The translations under genes were made by a program, and so were the position numbers. The notes beneath the pieces are model-generated. The model was not told where the DNA came from. It searched no databases and was given only the letters and a program-made list of their open reading frames with translations. DNA of 64,000 nucleotides from Octopus sinensis (lineage: Eukaryota): NCBI RefSeq assembly GCF_006345805.1, contig NC_043026.1, positions 12,751,579-12,815,578 on the forward strand, given 5' to 3'. Of the stretch, positions 1-13,463 are shown one piece after another; position 1 is the first letter of the stretch; the number at the start of each line of letters is the position of its first letter.

Positions 1-728
1 TTACGCACTGGAATCGATGTAATCGATTTAATCCCATTGTCTGTCCTTGTTTGTCCCCTCTGTGTTTAGCCCCTTGTGGGTAGTAAAGAAATATATCTCT
101 GTGTCAGGGGGTGGAGGGGTGATAGGTATTTGACTGTTATGTATGTCAGGTCGATTAAATAAGTACCAGTTACGCACTGGGGTCGATGTAATCGACTTAA
201 TCCTTTTGTCTGTCCTTGTTTGTCCCCTCTGTGTTTAGCCCCTTGTGGGTAGTAAAGAAATATATCTGTGTCAGGGGGTGGAGGGGTGATAGGTATTTGA
301 CTGTTATGTATGTCAGGTCGATTAAATAAGTACCAGTTACGCACTGGGGTCGATATAATCGACTTAATCCCTTTGTCTGTCCCCTCTGTGTTTAGCCCCT
401 TGTGGGTAGTAAAGAAGTATATCTCTGTGTCAGGGTGTAGAGGAGTGATAGGTATTTGACTGTTATGTATGTCAGGTCACTTAAATAAGTACCAGTTACG
501 CACTGGGGGTCAATGTAATTGACTTAATCCCTTTGTCTGTCCTTGTTTGTCCCCTCTGTGTTTAGCCCCTTGTGGGTAGTAAAGAAGTATATCTCTGTGG
601 AGGGGTGATAGGTATTTGACTGTTATGTATGTCAGGTCAATTAAATAAGTACCAGTTACGCACTGAGGTCAATGTAATCGACTTAATCCCTTTGTCTGTC
701 CTTGTTTAGCCCCTTGTGGGTAGTAAAG
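1..728 (+). repeat. Tandem array (~4.5 units, period 159-169 bp) built on the 3' part of SINE family B
   Basis: TTACGCACTGG unit starts at 1, 170, 337, 496, 656; the unit contains the GTCGATGTAATCGACTTAATCC...TTTAGCCCCTTGTGGGTAGTAAAGAAATA tail of the SINE at 29637; probably continues left of the window. Confidence 0.9.
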
Positions 729-1169
729 CAATGCATTTTTTGGTATGGAGTTCCCTTCCTTGCGCCTCCCCACTAAGGGTCAGAATATTTATATTTATTT
801 CTTTACTACCCACAAGGGGCTAAACACAGAATATTTGTATTGACAGTTTTACCTTTCGAATATTTCTCTCATAACTTTTTTTTAATTATTTTTTGGAATT
901 TTCGTAAAATCTTTGCGTCTTTTGCATTGTAGCTTGGGAATGAATAGGATCGTGCAAAAAATTCCAGTTCTTTCGGAATGAGGAATCCAATTAAATGCTG
1001 AAAAATAACGGAGGATGAAGTTAATGGTGGTTGCTGTTTGGGTACTACTTGAGAAGTGGTCCCCGTGCGCGCACTCGCGTACCCGCGCTAGCTAGTCGTG
1101 ACTAGTCGATCCTTTGTATGTTATTTACTTTGTTTAAAAAATTATTTATTTTGTGTCTTATTCACTTTA

Positions 1170-1369
1170 CTCTTTTACTTGTTTCAGTCATCTGACTGCG
1201 GCCATGCTGGAGCACCGCCTTTAATCGAGCAACTCCACCGCAGGACTTATTCTTTTGTAAGCCCAGTACTTATTCTATCAGTCTCTTTTGCCGAACCGCT
1301 AAGTATCGGAGACATAAACACACCAGCATCGGTTGCCAAGCAATGCTAGGGGGACAAACACAAATACCC

Positions 1370-1412
<43 letters not shown>

Positions 1413-1565
1413 TACATATATACGACGGGCTTCTTTCAGTTTCCATCTACCAAATCCACTCACAAGGCTTTGGTCGGCCCGGGGCTATAGCAGAAGACAC
1501 TTGCCCAAGATGTCACGCAGTGGGACTGAACCCGGAACCATGTGGTTGGTTAGCAAGCTAGTTAC
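1170..1565 (-). mobile_element. SINE family A (tRNA-like head, internal (TA)n)
   Basis: Matches the many copies with head GGCGCAGGAGTGGCTGTGTGGT...GGTTCAGTCCC (A/B-box-like) and tail GCAGTCAAATGACTGAAACAAGTAAAAGAG; head truncated. Confidence 0.85.
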
Positions 1566-1779
1566 CATACAGCCTTCCCTCCGTTCGCCCACATCGGGAT
1601 CTTTCTTTCTTCTTTCTTCCTTCTCTTATGTTTCCGACGAAGAGCTCCGCTCGAAACGTCATACCCTCCTTCTTCCCTTTTTCCTGAGCGCCTAATAATA
1701 ATAATACTTTAATTGTTCCACGTGTTGTTGTTTTTTCTGTTTTCCCGTTTGGATTAACCTTATATATATATATATATAC

Positions 1780-1895
1780 ATATATACGATGGGCTTCTTT
1801 CAGTTTCCGTCTACCAAATCCACTCACAAGGCTTTGGTCGGCCCAAGGCTATAGTAGAAGACACTTGTCTAAGGTGCCATGCAGTGGGACTGAGT
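1780..1895 (-). mobile_element. SINE family A fragment
   Basis: TACGATGGGCTTCTTTCAGTTTCCGTCTACCAAATCCACTCACAAGG segment. Confidence 0.75.
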
Positions 1896-2475
1896 TTAAC
1901 AAAAATTATTTACTTTGTGTAAAAAAATTATTTAATTTGTGTTTTATTTACATTGCTAGGTAGTCGTAGAATCGAGTAGTCACGACTAGCTAGCGCGGAT
2001 GCGCGACTAGGCAAGTGCGCGCACCGGAACCACTGTTCTTCATTTTGATTTCCATTTTGATCTCTCCTCTCTATCTAAATACTGTTTCTTTATTATTTCA
2101 GATTTACGGATGACATTGGCACAAAACAACTTTTTAACTTTGGATACATCTGGAATATTTATCATATTTTAGAGAACAGATATAAAAATCCATCTCCTCT
2201 TAATCTGGGCTTGAATTACTGTGAAATATTTGCTTTTTCTCCGTCTGATTATCTGGTGCTTTTGCATTCTAATTAAACTTGGATAAATTTATGCTTTGAC
2301 AGCATCTTTAGATATCAGTGAAGATCAGAGTTGATAGCAGTTGATATTTCTAAGGAATCAATAATTATAAGAAGAACAAGGAGAAAACTATTTGATGTGG
2401 TGAGAAAAAGATAAAGAAAAACTTTAATATTGTGAGAAACTTCAATGATTCGGGCTGTTTTTATCCCTTAAAGAG

Positions 2476-3672
2476 ATGTCGAAAGAATTAGGAAAATCAT
2501 ATCACTGTAATATCTGCACGAAATCATTCTCTGAAAAACGTAATCTAACAATTCACAAATGCTTTCATACAAAAAGGAAGCCTTTTGACTGTGATGTCTG
2601 TGGTAAATCATTCTCAGAAAATGCTGACTTGACTAAACACAAGCGTGTTCATACAGGAGAGAAGCCATATCACTGTGATATATGTCGTAAATCTTTCTCC
2701 CAAATATCCAACTTGACTAAGCACAAACGTATTCATACAAATGAAAAACCATACAATTGCGATATCTGTGGTAAATCATTCTCTCAAATATCAAACATGA
2801 CTTCTCATAAACGTATCCATACAAAAGAGAAGCCATTTCACTGTGCTACCTGTGGTAAATCATTCTCTCAAATATCTAATTTGACTTCTCACAAACGTAT
2901 TCATACAGGTGAGAAGACATATCACTGTAATACCTGCGGCAAATCATTCTCTGCTGGTGGTGACTTAACTACTCACATGCGTATTCATACTGGAGAGAAA
3001 CCATATCACTGTGATGTCTGTGGCAAAGCTTTCACTACAAGTAGTGCTTTAACTTCTCACAGACGTATTCATACAGGTGAAAAGCCATATCACTGTGATA
3101 CCTGTGGTAAATCATACCGCAGAAGTGGTGACTTGACGAAACATACTCGCATTCATACAGGTGAGAGGCCATTTCACTGTGACACCTGTGCTAAATCATT
3201 CTCTGAAAATGGTGCCTTAACTAAACATAAACGTATTCATACAGGTGAGAAGCCACATCACTGTGATGTCTGTGGTAAATCATTCACTCAAATGTCTAAC
3301 CTGACTTCTCACAAACGTATTCATACAGGTGAGAAGCCATTCCATTGTGATGTCTGTGGTAAATCATTCTCTGCAAGTACTGCATTAACTTCTCACATAC
3401 GTATTCATACAGGTGAGAAGCCATATCGCTGTGGTATTTGTGATAAGTCATTCCCTGTAAGCAGTGCCTTAACATTTCATGAGCGTATTCATACAGGGGA
3501 GAAGCCATTTCACTGTGATGTCTGTGGTGAATTGTTCTCTGCAAGTGGTGCTTTAACTTCTCACAGACGTATTCATACAGGTGAGAAGCCATTTCACTGT
3601 GATACCTGTGGCAAATCATTCTCTCAAAAAGGTAACTTAAAAACGCACATGTCTATCCATACAAAATTATGA
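2476..3672 (+). CDS. ZNF1: C2H2 zinc-finger protein, 14 fingers, 398 aa, no effector domain
   Basis: 14 CxxC-x12-HxxxH units with TGEKP-type linkers; conserved acceptor TTTCTTTATTATTTCAG ends at 2101; exon 1 not found in the window. Confidence 0.93.
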   Translation: MSKELGKSYHCNICTKSFSEKRNLTIHKCFHTKRKPFDCDVCGKSFSENADLTKHKRVHTGEKPYHCDICRKSFSQISNLTKHKRIHTNEKPYNCDICGKSFSQISNMTSHKRIHTKEKPFHCATCGKSFSQISNLTSHKRIHTGEKTYHCNTCGKSFSAGGDLTTHMRIHTGEKPYHCDVCGKAFTTSSALTSHRRIHTGEKPYHCDTCGKSYRRSGDLTKHTRIHTGERPFHCDTCAKSFSENGALTKHKRIHTGEKPHHCDVCGKSFTQMSNLTSHKRIHTGEKPFHCDVCGKSFSASTALTSHIRIHTGEKPYRCGICDKSFPVSSALTFHERIHTGEKPFHCDVCGELFSASGALTSHRRIHTGEKPFHCDTCGKSFSQKGNLKTHMSIHTKL

Positions 3673-3712
3673 TTGTATCATTTTGAAATTTCTTCACAAC
3701 ACACAACCAACC

Positions 3713-3848
3713 ATGCCGACGACCGCTCGGTTCAAAGTCTCCCTTGACCACAAGTAGCCTGATCTCTTTACATGAACTCCGTGTCCCCCTACATGGCCTT
3801 GGTTTTTGATTTTTGAGCCAAAAAATTAACTAACTAATTAACTAATCT
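3713..3848 (+). mobile_element. CR1-like LINE 3' end fragment with (TAAC)n-type tail
   Basis: Near copy of 6256-6392. Confidence 0.6.
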
Positions 3849-3897
3849 TTGGAAACAATTTTTTTTTCCTCTGCTATGTAAAAAATCTTTTATAACC

Positions 3898-4062
3898 ACG
3901 GAGTGGCTGTGTGGTAAGTAGCTTGTCTACCAACCACATGGTTCCGGGTTCAGTTCCACTGCATGGCACCTTAGGCAAGTGTCTTCTACTATAGCCTCGG
4001 GCCAACCAAAGCCTTGTGAGTGGATTTGGTAGACGGAAACTGAAAGAAGCCTGTCGTATATT

Positions 4063-4110
<48 letters not shown>

Positions 4111-4315
4111 TGTGAGTGTTTGTGCGTCTGTTTGTCCCCTAGCATTGCTTGACAACCGATGCTGGTGTGTTTACGTCCCCGTCACTTAGCGGTTCGGCAA
4201 AAGAGACCGACAGAATAAGTACTGGGCTTACAAAAGAACAAGTCCCGGGGTCGAGTTGCTCGATTAAAGGCGGTGCTCCAGCGTGGCCGCAGTCAAAGGA
4301 CTGAAACAAGTCAAA
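3898..4315 (+). mobile_element. SINE family A
   Basis: Head GAGTGGCTGTGTGGT, internal (TA)n, tail GCAGTCAAAGGACTGAAACAAG. Confidence 0.9.
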
Positions 4316-4455
4316 GTAAATGTATTCACATGTGAAAGATGATTCAGCAGTGTGATATTTGAAATATAACAATTCCCATATATATTCCATATCATATATT
4401 TCCGTCAAAAATATAGCAGACTGTAAAAGGAAGTATTTCATCAAACCATTGTAGA

Positions 4456-4710
4456 AGAGTGCTTCTCAAAGTGGTGGTCTGCAGACTGGTGCCAGTAGAT
4501 GGTGAGTTTCCAGAAAAGAAAGAAACATTATAAAATGCCTGTGTAATATTGTATTATTTGTTTACAAAATAAATTAAGATCAAAAAAGTTGTCAACTTTT
4601 ATTATATTTATTATGTATGTTGTTTCTGGTATAAATTAATATTACGAAGAAATATTACTGGTTCCTGGCACTTTGGGTATGGCCACGTCAGGTAACCTCA
4701 GAAGCACTAC
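4456..4710. mobile_element. Possible short-TIR MITE (hAT/Charlie-like)
   Basis: AGTGCTTCTCAAAGTGG at the left end and CAGAAGCACT at the right end form a short inverted repeat around an AT-rich core. Confidence 0.35.
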
Positions 4711-4725
4711 TGTGGAACATGTATG

Positions 4726-5725
4726 TATTTCTTTACTGCCCATGAGGGGCTAAACATAGAGGGGACAAACAAAGTGATTAAGTCAATTACATCGACCCCA
4801 GTGCGAAACTGGTACTTTATTTATCGACCCTGAAAGGATGAAAGGCAAAGTCGACCTCGGCAGAATTTGAACTCAGAATGTAAAGACAGACGAAATACCT
4901 ATTTCTTTACTGCCCACAAGGGGCTAAACACAGAAGAGACAAACAAGGACAGAGAAATGGATTAAGTCAATTACATTGTCCCCAGTGCGAAACTGGTACT
5001 TTATTTATCGACCCTGAAAGGATGAAAGGCAAAGTCGACCTCGGCAGAATTTGAACTCAGAACGTAAAGACAGACGAAATACCTATTTCTTTACTGCCCA
5101 CAAGGGGCTAAACACAGAAGAGACAAACAAGGACAGAGAAATGGATTAAGTCAATTACATTGTCCCCAGTGCGAAACTGGTACTTTATTTATCGACCCCC
5201 GAAAGGATGAAAGGCAAAGTCGACCTCGGCAGAATTTGAACTCAGAACGTAACGGCAGGCGAAATACCTATTTCTTTACTACCCACAAGGGGCTAAACAC
5301 AGAAGAGACAAACAAGGACAGAGAAATGGATTAAGTCAATTACATCGACTCCAGTGCGAAACTGGTACTTTATTTATCGACCCCCGAAAGGATGAAAGGC
5401 AAAGTCGACCTCGGCAGAATTTGAACTCAGAACGTAAAGACAGACGAAATACCTATTTCTTTACTGCCCACAAGGGGACAAACAAGGACAGAGAAATGGA
5501 TTAAGTCAATTACATTGACCCCAGTGCGTAACTGGTACTTTATTTATCGACCCCCGAAAGGATGAAAGGCAAAGTCGACCTCGGCAGAATTTGAACTCAG
5601 AACGTAACGGCAGACGAAATGCCTATTTCTTTACTACCCACAAGGGGCTAAACACAGAAGGGACAAACAAGGACAGACAAACGGATTAAGTCAATTATAT
5701 CGACCCCAGTGCGAAACTGGTACTT
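4726..5725 (-). repeat. Tandem array (~5.5 units, ~170-186 bp) of SINE family B body, reverse orientation
   Basis: TATTTCTTTACT...GAAAGGATGAAAGGCAAAGTCGACCTCGGCAGAATTTGAACTCAG recurs head to tail. Confidence 0.9.
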
Positions 5726-6204
5726 AGCTGATCACTGCTTCTCTCTCTTTTATTTATAGATTTGATTATTATATAATAAGCAAAATTTGTTACTTTTGAA
5801 ATGCAGCTGTAAAGGACCAGTCATCAGATTCCCATATGGGAGCAAACTATATTTCATGCATTAACATATAAAACATGTTAGACCACAAACGTGTCTGTCA
5901 GGCACAGGTCGACAGGCTACGATCGTGGCCCAGATAGATGCATTTAATTCATGAGCGTTTGTTGGGATCTAATGTCACTCAAAGGTCCTGATACCCCCCC
6001 CCCAGAATGCAAGAGTTCAACTAACGACTTTTCAGGTGATGTAAAACTTGCCACCGTTATATAACTAAGAAGATATTTTAACTATTTTTGTTTTTCATGT
6101 GTCCATGGTAGTCTTTTCATGAAAAATGCGCTCAGAAGTCCATGCTTATGTAAGTGCAAATCCCAGTGCTTTACGGGTTAATTAATTTCACTGTGAGGCT
6201 TTCT

Positions 6205-6392
6205 CCGTCTGGGTTGCGGATCCGTGGAATAAGCTGCCGGACGAGATGGTGAAGATGCCGACGACCGCTCAGTTCAAAGTCTCCCTTGACCACAAGTGGC
6301 CTGAACTCTTTACATGAACACCACCCTGTACATAACTCCATGGCCTTGCTTTTTGCTTTCTGAGCCAAAAATTAACTAACTAACTAACTGAT
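6205..6392 (+). mobile_element. CR1-like LINE 3' end
   Basis: Translates RVADPWNKLPDEMVKMPTTAQFKVSLDHKWPELFT*, resembling the WNxLP C-terminal motif of CR1-type ORF2; (TAAC)n tail. Confidence 0.65.
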
Positions 6393-6442
6393 CAATTATC
6401 AAGTCATCTGTATTTTCTATACAATCTTTGTTTTTATTAGGG

Positions 6443-6514
6443 ACTAGCAGTATCGCGCGGCGTTGCTCGGGTTTGTAAGCGCTGTAACCCGGCAACGCCG
6501 GGTCATAGTGCTAG
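6443..6514 (+). mobile_element. Tiny internally deleted Helitron-like element
   Basis: CCCGGC-AAC-GCCGGG hairpin (6488-6502) 8 nt before a terminal CTAG (6511-6514) followed by T. Confidence 0.5.
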
Positions 6515-6673
6515 TTATTTATATAACCCTGTTCATTGTTCTTTTCTGTTAAGAGAGAAAATACTTTTGCCTGTAATCCATATTTTTTTCCCATTAAAAA
6601 AATCTGAAAAAAACAAAGTACATCGTTTTAATGCATTTATTTGACTAACTTTTATTTGTTTTAATTTTTCCTT

Positions 6674-7399
6674 TAACACTTTAGTGTTTAAACCGGCTAT
6701 ATCCGGCCCAAATATTCTACATGTTTTATATTCAAACTGGTGATATCTGGCCTCTCACACCTAACCTACATTGACATTCTAAAAATAAAGAATGACATCA
6801 CTGAAACCTCAAAAGCTATAAGATCATCATCATCATTGTTCGACCGTGGTCGAGACAATGGAATTTACCATGCTACTCCAGACTTCACAGTCCATCATAG
6901 CATTACGGAGGTCCTGTTGCTGGATGCCTGTATCCCTGGAGATTACATCAGGGTAGGAGAGTGTGCGCCCTCTGGTATTGCGAGTAGATGGCTTCCAGAG
7001 GAGAAGAGTAGAAATTACCTCGTTTTCAGCTCTACAACAATGTCCAGCAAACTGGACTCTCCTACCTTTCACAAGAGATGACACAGGTGGTAATTTCCCA
7101 TATACTTGCATTTTGGTTGGATGGCGCTTCCACGAGAGATTTTGAGCTCTGATAAGGAGGCGAGTGTAGGTTCCATCCAACTGCCTCTCAAGCTTCTTTG
7201 ATAACGTCCAGGTTTCTGAGCCATATAGTAGAATTGGTTCGACTGTGGCTTTGAAGATTTCAAGTTTGAAGTCTCTACTTAGATTTGATGACCAGATCTT
7301 ATGCATGTCATTGCTATAAGATAATGCAGGATTAATTAAAAACAATTTGAGTAAAAAAATATTACATTTAACAGAGTAATCTGAACCCTAAAGGGTTAA
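6674..7399. mobile_element. piggyBac-type MITE interrupted by an RTE insertion
   Basis: Ends TTAACACTTT... and ...AAAGGGTTAA (TTAA-flanked CCCTTT-like TIR). Confidence 0.5.
6825..7312 (-). mobile_element. 5'-truncated RTE-clade LINE (3' end of ORF) with TSD
   Basis: Translation IFKATVEPILLYGSETWTL...RRVQFAGHC; (TGA)n tail; 10-bp direct repeat GCTATAAGAT at 6815-6824 and 7313-7322. Confidence 0.88.
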
Positions 7400-7854
7400 T
7401 AATAATCTTTAACATTCACATTTTGCTGATATTTTTATCCAGTTGTGCCTCTTCTGTGCAGGGTGGTCAGGAATCTAGTGTCAATTAAACAGTGAACTGC
7501 ATTAAGCTTCTACAGAAAGACAGACGAAAAAGGTGTGCTGGTATTTGTACACACACATATACACAGGCGCAGGAGTGGCTGTGTGGTAAGTAGCTGGCTG
7601 GCTAACTTGAACTTTTTGAATGTTTTAAAAAGAAAAATTGTATCATTGCCTCATTGTGACTTTTGTGAAATTTTGTGACTTTTTGAATTTTTTGAAAAAA
7701 GAATGTTGTCTTAGAGAAGTGGAAGTCGGCAGGCGCTTTCGTCTTCTCCCATCACCATCTTCGTTCCATCACCATCATTCATACCATCAATGTCTACGTC
7801 CAGCCTGCAAAGCTACATCTATGTACTGCCTTCATGGCAAATTTAATGAATAAA

Positions 7855-8002
7855 AGTAGCTTGCTAACCAACCACATGGTTCCCGGTTCAGTCCCACTGC
7901 GTGGCATCTTGGGCAAGTGTCTTCTACTAAAGCCTCGGGCCGACCAAAGCCTTGTGAGTGGATTTGGTAGACGGAAACTGAAAGAAGCCCGTCGTATATA
8001 TG

Positions 8003-8033
<31 letters not shown>

Positions 8034-8210
8034 GTGTTTGTGTGTTTGTCCCCCTAGCATTGCTTGACAACCGATGCTGGTGTGTTTGGCAAAAGAGACC
8101 GATAGAAAAAGTACTGGGCTTACAAAAGAATAAGTCCCGGGGTCGAGTTGCTCGATCAAAGGCAGTGCTCCAGCATGGCCGCAGTCAAATGACTGAAACT
8201 AGTAAAAGAG
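7855..8210 (+). mobile_element. SINE family A
   Basis: Family A body and tail. Confidence 0.85.
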
Positions 8211-8390
8211 TAGAGTATATATATATACATATATATATATAAATATATTTGAAATGAGGTACTCAGAAATTCGGATCGTTTTATATTTACAGATATTTAT
8301 TTGTATATTACATGTTTTTATACATCATATAACTTAGATCATGTATTAGCGCTTTCGTCCATTCTGGTGAATTTTTCAAATGGAACTATA

Positions 8391-8428
<38 letters not shown>

Positions 8429-8514
8429 TAGCATAATTAGTATGTATATATACCTGTATACATTAACATGTATGTATGCAGATAAACCTGTTGCTGTATA
8501 ATGTATAAGTATGT

Positions 8515-8905
8515 ATACTCTTTACTTGTTTCAGTCAGTTGACTGCGGCCATGCTGGAGCACTACCTTTCGTCGAGCAAATCGACCCCGGGACTTATTCT
8601 TTGTAAGCCCAGAACTTATTCTATCGGTCTCTTTTGCCGAACCGCTAAGTGACGGGGACTTAAACACACCAGCATCGGTTGTCAAGAAATGCTAGGGGGA
8701 CAAACACAGACACACAAATGCATATATATATATACATATATACGGCAGGTTTCTTTCAGTTTCCGTCTACCAAATTCACTCACAAGGCATTGGTTGGCCC
8801 GGGACTATAGCAGAAGACACTTGCTCAAGATGCCACGCAGTGGGACTGAACCCGGAACCATGTGGTTGGTTAGCAAGCTACTTACTACACAGCCACTCCT
8901 GGGCC
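8515..8905 (-). mobile_element. SINE family A
   Basis: Full-length reverse copy ending CACAGCCACTCCTG. Confidence 0.9.
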
Positions 8906-9419
8906 TATGTATGCATATATATAATTTAATATATACATATATCCTTATATATATGATTTTGATTTTTGATTTTTCCAGTTTCAGCTCATGAGCTGTGGCC
9001 ATCTAACTCTCCCCTCTAAGCCTTGCAACAGTGACCCACCAATCCTTCCTGAATTTTTGATCCCCTGCCGAAGCTCTCTGATATTCATTATATTACCTTA
9101 TTGGTATTCTCCGACACCTTTTCATCACCTGCTTTATCTCGCATTCCAGGTCTGCATCAGTTCCTCAAAGCCATTTTTATACAATGTTGAGTGGCCAGTG
9201 TATAATTCTACTATATGGCTCAGAAACCATAGAGTAGCCCGGAAAGGATGAAAGGCAAAGTTGACCTCTGCAGAATCTGAACTCAGAACATAAAAGACAA
9301 ACGGAATATCACTAAGCATTTTGTCCAACGTTCTAAGGAATTCTCCATCTTATTGCCCCTCTCCCTTCAGAAATTGGCGATGGACAGGAAAATGATGCTG
9401 ATTTTATGCTCTTTTACAC

Positions 9420-9805
9420 TTTTACTTGTTTCAGCCATTTGACTGCGGCCATGCTGGAGCACCGCCTTTAGTCAAGTAAATCGACCCCGGGACTTATTCT
9501 TTGTAAGCCTAGTACTTATTATATCGGTCTCTTATGCCGAACTGCTAAGTAACGGGGCCATAAACACACCAGCATCGGTTGTCAAGCAATGCTAGGGGGA
9601 CAAACACAGACACACACACGCATATATACATGTACATATATACAACGAGCTTCTTTCAGTTTCCGTCTACCAAATCTACTCACAAGGCTTTGGTCGGCCT
9701 GAGGCTATAGTAGAAGACACTTGTCCAAGGTGCCACGCAGTGGGACTGAACCCGGAACCATGTGGTTGGTAAACAAGCTACTTACCACACAGCCACTCCT
9801 GCGCC
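9420..9805 (-). mobile_element. SINE family A
   Basis: Full-length reverse copy; same insertion present in the duplicated block at 38910-39410. Confidence 0.9.
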
Positions 9806-10762
9806 TACTGGGAATTTTTAACGTTATTTTTCTCTACTTTTCTGAGTCGGTCTTTGAAAATTGTTACGCTTGGCTTCTGAAGATGAAGGTAGAAGGGCCG
9901 GGTGTTATTCGTGGTGAAGGCCAGAATACTAGAAGGCATTCTTTCCGTGTACATAAACAACCAGCACCCATTTACTGCCCGCATCACAGCAACAACATCA
10001 GGAACTTCATACAAGCACACACAAAAGCAACCTGTGTCCAGGTAAACTACGTGAATGCCATGTAAGAATCTACTTTTTCACAAAACACTCGACAGATTCG
10101 AGAAATGGTTTGTCCGCAACCTTATGCCTCTTCTTGGGAGTGTAAGAAACAACATTGCCCTGTCTTCTTTTTTCTCCAAAACACAATCTTCAACTTGGTC
10201 CTGAATAGAATGGATAGAATACACATTCATGTGCTTGCCTGTCTGTGTTTGTGTATATATGCACCTCTGTCCCCTTGTGTGTGTGTGTGTTATGTAACTA
10301 TGTACCATGTTTGTATGTATGGATGTGCATCTTTATATGTGTGGATCCGTGTCTTCACATGTGTCTGTTCATATAGTCTACATACCTATCCGTCTGTATA
10401 TTGATCTGTATATTGATAACAGCTTGTTATCACACACACATATCTTTTTTTTACTATGTGAATAAATTTATGTTTACAAGTTATTTTCTGAATGGAATGG
10501 AGTTTAAAAAGCTACCTGTGTCCAGGTAAACTATGTGAATGCCATGTAAGAATCTACTAAAGTGGTTGACATAAGGAAGGGCATCTGACTATAAAAAAAC
10601 ATCTCAATGTGGTAACTTTGATGAGTATGGTTACTGTCAGGGGTTAAAGAAGTCAATGATTATTGCTAAGGGCACAAAGATTAAGCCATGCTTTAGCAGG
10701 GGAAACAGTTTTAAAATATTGGTTATTGTGGGATGTTTTAATGATGTCTGACAATGATACAA

Positions 10763-11497
<735 letters not shown>

Positions 11498-11954
11498 TCA
11501 CCTCAGCATATAATTCCTTTTTTCTTTTTCTTGTAGTAATTTATTCCTTAGAAATATTTCTACTGCTATCAACTGTGATCTTTATCAATATCTAAAGATG
11601 CTGCAAACTCCTTTGTAAATATATTCAAGTTCAATTAGAATGCAAAAGCACCAGATAATGAGATGGAGAAATGTTGCTATGAATCTTCACTCAGGGCCAA
11701 TATTTCACAGTAATTCAATCCTGGATTTATAGCAGTTGGGTTATTATATCTGTTCTCTAAAACGTTTTCCTTTCGTCTTAAAAAAACATGGTAAATATTC
11801 CAGATGTATCCAATGTACAAAAGTCGTTTTATGCCAATGTCATCCGTAAATCTGAAATAATAAAGAAACAGTTTTAGATTAGAGAGGAGAGATCAAATTG
11901 GAAATCGTTCAACGTCATATAACATTGGGTGAAATCTAAAAATTTGTAAACACA

Positions 11955-12369
11955 CAGGACCCACAAAGTGTAAAGCTGAAAACCTGGTCATCTTCGAAGA
12001 AAGGAAGGGCGGAACCGAATACTCGATACACGGTACAGTATTCCCGGATTTCTGGAAGCCAGGTAAGAGATCCGGCACGTACGATCGATCGATAGATAGG
12101 TGTGTATATCTTACCTGTTATGCTTTACAAATCAATATGACCAGAGAAGCTAAAGAGACGGGGGCGGCAGCAAGGAAGGCCACAGTCCCTCAGGACCCAC
12201 AAAGTGTAAAGATGAAAACCTGGTCATCTTCGAAGAAAGGAAGGGCGGAACCGAATACTCGATACACGGTGTAAGTATTCCCGGATTTCTTGAAGCCAGG
12301 TAAGAGATCCGGCATGTACGATCGATCGATAGGTGTGTATATCTTACCTGTTATGCTTTACAAATCAAT
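11955..12369 (-). repeat. ~237-bp intron-1 VNTR of ZNF2 (~1.8 units)
   Basis: Two copies of GGACCCACAAAGTGTAAAG...CGATCGATCGAT...CTTACCTGTTATGCTTTACAAATCAAT. Confidence 0.85.
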
Positions 12370-12396
12370 ATTTAGAGTGAAAATATATTTACTCAC

Positions 12397-12492
12397 ATCA
12401 AAATCTCCGCGAAAACACAAAAACACGTTTCTGTTGTTTTTCCCGATTTAAATAGGTTTTGGCGGAAACGGAAGTAGGGTGTGTCATGTGAC
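12397..12492 (-). promoter_or_regulatory. ZNF2 promoter / non-coding exon 1
   Basis: GTCATGTGAC (12483-12492), GGCGGAAACGGAAGT tandem ETS (12461-12475), GGAGATTTTGAT|GTGAGT donor on the minus strand. Confidence 0.7.
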
Positions 12493-12559
12493 AAATGTAA
12501 TCAAATTAAAACAGTTGAATTAAGTTTGTTATTTCACAAACACATATATAATACCTGGG

Positions 12560-12700
12560 TCGACTTTGCCTTTCATCCTTTCGGGGTCGATAAATAAAGC
12601 ACCAGTTTCGCACTGGGGTCGATATAATCGACTCGATCCCTTTCATCTGTCCTTGTTTGTCCCCTTCTAGTTTAGCCCCTTCTGGGCAATAAAGAAATAT
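12560..12700 (+). mobile_element. SINE family B 3' fragment
   Basis: GTCGACTTTGCCTTTCATCCTTTCGGGGTCGATAAAT core. Confidence 0.75.
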
Positions 12701-13109
12701 ATATAATACCTAGGGTCGTGAAAAAAACCTTGTGATGAAAAACGGGATCATGAAGCGATGATTTAATACATTCAAAAACACATTCCATTCGACAGATTTT
12801 ATTTAGTTTATACAAAGAGCATGAGTGACCCCTTTTCGACTCTACTCCGTCGAGTTATCCTCACCAACATTCACCAAAAACTTTACATTTCCGAAAAATC
12901 ATGCTAGACAAAGGGACTTCATACGCTTTTATAAATTTCCCATTAAGGAATTGCGGCGAATCTTCGGTATACGTACCGTTGTAAATACCGGATACATTTA
13001 AAATAAGTGTTGTTTTTTTTTTATATGGGGGGTTAGGGTTTGTGTTAGAATTAGTGGTGGGAGAAAAGGGTTTTTCTGTTACCTTCAGAAATGTAAACAA
13101 AGTCAGGTG

Positions 13110-13463
13110 TGTACTTATACCTATTTCTTTAATACCTACCAGGGGCTAAACACAGAATTTGAAATCAGAATGTAAAGACAGACGAAATACCTATTTCTTT
13201 ACTACCCACAAGGGGACAAACAAGAACAGAGAAATGGATTAAGTCGATTACATCGACCCCAGTGCGTAACTTGTACTTAATTTATCGACCCCGAAAGGAT
13301 GAAAGGCAAAGTCGACCTCGGCGGAATTTGAACTCAGAACGTAACGGAAGACGAAATACCTGTTTCTTTATTACCCACAAGGAGCTAAACATAGAGGGGA
13401 CAGACATAGGTATTAAGTCGATTACATCGATCCCCAGTGCGTAACTGGTACTTAATTTATCGA
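13110..13463 (-). mobile_element. SINE family B, two partial tandem copies
   Basis: Same core in reverse. Confidence 0.75.

Larger units (their letters stand above)
1055..2034. mobile_element. MITE-like element with imperfect CpG-rich terminal inverted repeats, carrying nested SINEs, in ZNF1 intron
   Basis: AGTGGTCCCCGTGCGCGCAC...GCGCTAGCTAGTCGTGACTA (1055-1105) is the reverse complement of TAGTCACGACTAGCTAGCGC...GTGCGCGCACCGGAACCACT (1977-2034); another terminus at ~14565-14600. Confidence 0.65.

Noticed and set aside
1333-1695. ORFs with YIYIYI runs (dozens across the window)
   Set aside because: Translations of SINE A and (TA)n microsatellites.
3296-3619. Antisense His/Tyr-rich ORFs over ZNF genes (also 25751-25990, 36946-37269, 11404-11595)
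   Set aside because: Shadow frames of the periodic finger codons; no independent evidence.
8340-8390. Further hammerhead-like remnant on the minus strand (GGACGAAAGCGCTAA)
   Set aside because: The CUGANGA core and stem II 5' strand are not recognisable; too decayed to call.
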